A DNA stretch of 64,000 bases from Ostrea edulis (lineage: Eukaryota), in the NCBI RefSeq assembly GCF_947568905.1, contig NC_079169.1, positions 92,876,001-92,940,000 on the forward strand, given 5' to 3'. A model generated the notes under the pieces. The model saw only the letters and a list, made by a program, of their open reading frames with translations, made no database searches and was not told where the DNA came from. Each line of letters opens with the position of its first letter. Position 1 is the first letter of the stretch. Made by a program: the position numbers and the translations under genes. This document shows, piece by piece, positions 61,901 through 64,000 of the stretch.

Positions 61901-64000
61901 GAGTCTGTCAGATGTTAGGAAGATTGAGAATGATTGTGAGTCTGTCAGATGTTAGGAAGATTAAGAATGATTGTGAGTCTGTCAGATGTTAGAAAGATTG
62001 AGAATGATTGTGGATGATTGTGAGTCAGTCAGATGTTAGGAAGATTGAGAATGATTGTGAGTTTGTCAGATGTTAGGAAGATTAAGAATGATTGTGGATG
62101 ATTGTAAGTCTGTCAGATGTTAGGAAGATTAAGAATGATTGTAGGTCTGTCAGATGTTAGAAAGATTGAGAATGATTGTGGATAATTGTGAGTCTGTCAG
62201 ATGTTAAGAAGATTGAGAATGATTGTGAGTCTGTCAGATGTTAGAAAGATTAAGAATGATTGTGAGTCTGTCAGATGTTAGAAAGATTGAGAATGATTGT
62301 GAGTCTGTCAAATGTTAGGAAGATTAAGAATGATTGTGAGTCTGTCAGATGTTAGGAAGATTAAGAATGATTGTGAGTCTGTCAGATGTTAGGAAGATTG
62401 GGAATGATTGTGGATGATTGTGAGTCTGTCAGATGTTAGGAAGATTAAGAATGATTGTGAGTCTGTCAGATGTTAGGAAGATTGAGAATGATTGTGAGTC
62501 TGTCAGATGTTAGGAAGATTGAGAATGATTGTGAGTCTGTCAGATGTTAAGAAGATTGAGAATGATTGTGAGTCTGTCAGATGTTAGGAAGATTAAGAAT
62601 GATTGTGAGTCTGTCAGATGTTAGAAAGATTGAGAATGATTGTGAGTCTGTCAGATGTTAGAAAGATTGAGAATGATTGTGGATAATTGTGAGTCTGTCA
62701 GATGTTAGGAAGATTAAGAATGATTGTGAGTCTGTCAGGTGTTAGAAAGATTGAGAATGATTGTGAGTCTGTCAGATGTTAGGAAGATTGAGAATGATTG
62801 TGGATGATTGTGAGTCTGTCAGATGTTAGGAAGATTAAGAATGATTGTGAGTCTGTCAGATGTTAGGAAGATTGAGAATGATTGTGAGTCTGTCAGATGT
62901 TAGAAAGATTGAGAATGATTGTGAGTCTGTCAGATGTTAGAAAGATTGAGAATGATTGTGAGTCTGTCAGATGTTAGGAAGATTGAGAATGATTGTGAGT
63001 CTGTCATATGTTAGGAAGATTAAGAATGATTGTGAGTCTGTCAGATGTTAGAAAGATTGAGAATGATTGTGAGTCTGTCAGATGTTAGGAAGATTGGGAA
63101 TGATTGTGGATGATTGTGAGTCTGTCAGATGTTAGGAAGATTAAGAATGATTGTGAGTCTGTCAGATGTTAGGAAGATTAAGAATGATTGTGAGTCTGTC
63201 AGATGTTAGGAAGATTGAGAATGATTGTGAGTCTGTCAGATGTTAGGAAGATTAAGAATGATTGTGAGTCTGTCAGATGTTAGAAAGATTGAGAATGATT
63301 GTGAGTCTGTCAGATGTTAGGAAGATTAAGAATGATTGTGAGTCTGTCAGATGTTAGGAAGATTAAGAATGATTGTGAGTCTGTCAGATGTTATGAAGAT
63401 TAAGAATGATTGTGGATGATTGTGAGTCTGTCAGATGTTAGGAAGATTGAGAATGATTGTGAGTCTGTCAAGTGTTAGGAAGATTGAGAATGATTGTGAG
63501 TCTGTCAGATGTTAGGAAGATTAAGAATGATTGTGAGTCTGTCAGATGTTAGGAAGATTAAGAATGATTGTGAGTCTGTCAGATGTTAGAAAGATTGAGA
63601 ATGATTGTGAGTCTGTCAGATGTTAGGAAGATTAAGAATGATTGTGAGTCTGTCAGATGTGAGGAAGATTAAGAATGATTGTGAGTCTGTCAGATGTTAG
63701 GAAGATTAAGAATGATTGTGAGTCTGTCAGATGTTAGGAAGATTAAGAATGATTGTGGATGATTGTGAGTCTGTCAGATGTTAGGAAGATTGAGAATGAT
63801 TGTGAGTCTGTCAAGTGTTAGGAAGATTGAGAATGATTGTGAGTCTGTCAGATGTTAGAAAGATTGAGAATGATTGTGAGTCTGTCAGATGTTAGGAAGA
63901 TTAAGAATGATTGTGAGTCTGTCAGATGTGAGGAAGATTAAGAATGATTGTGAGTCTGTCAGATGTTAGGAAGATTGAGAATGATTGTGAGTCTGTCAGA
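58912..64000. repeat. 37-bp satellite array (>5 kb, runs off the window) with a 938-bp higher-order repeat
   Basis: Monomer GAGTCTGTCAGATGTTAGGAAGATTAAGAATGATTGT, with an optional 10-bp GGATGATTGT insert. Diagnostic variants recur at an exact 938-bp spacing (e.g. 59731/60669/61607; 60146/61084/62022). Confidence 0.95.

Noticed and set aside
58912-64000. Telomeric repeat or end of chromosome
   Set aside because: The unit is 37 bp, not TTAGGG (it contains only TTAGGA/TTAGAA), and VPS13B must continue beyond it.

Overview
This is AT-rich, intron-rich animal genomic DNA. The repeat families (tRNA-derived SINEs, Helentron-type HINE/CvA-like elements carrying satellite units) point to an oyster-like bivalve; that assignment is inference. 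Two protein-coding genes lie on the + strand. The first is the 3' part of a divergent ionotropic glutamate receptor-family gene (6 exons, 629-3784), with an unusual pore loop (LFLGGG) and non-canonical ligand-binding residues. The second is VPS13B: 48 phase-consistent coding exons were traced from ATG 8948 to 58874 (about 3750 aa), and the gene continues past the window end. Its introns hold many MITEs, HINEs, a solo LTR, a 2.4-kb TA-flanked DNA transposon and a full-length antisense RTE retrotransposon with an intact 1050-codon APE-RT ORF. Two observations stand out. (1) The RTE begins with a complete HDV-like self-cleaving ribozyme fold (47846-48053, minus strand) whose predicted cleavage site coincides with the element's 5' junction. 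(2) Twelve VPS13B splice junctions are themselves the seed of tandem duplications or minisatellites, giving arrays of decoy donors or acceptors. The window ends in a >5-kb 37-bp satellite with a 938-bp higher-order repeat. There are no rRNA genes, true tRNA genes or CRISPR arrays. All coordinates, translations and folds were read by hand and need computational confirmation.
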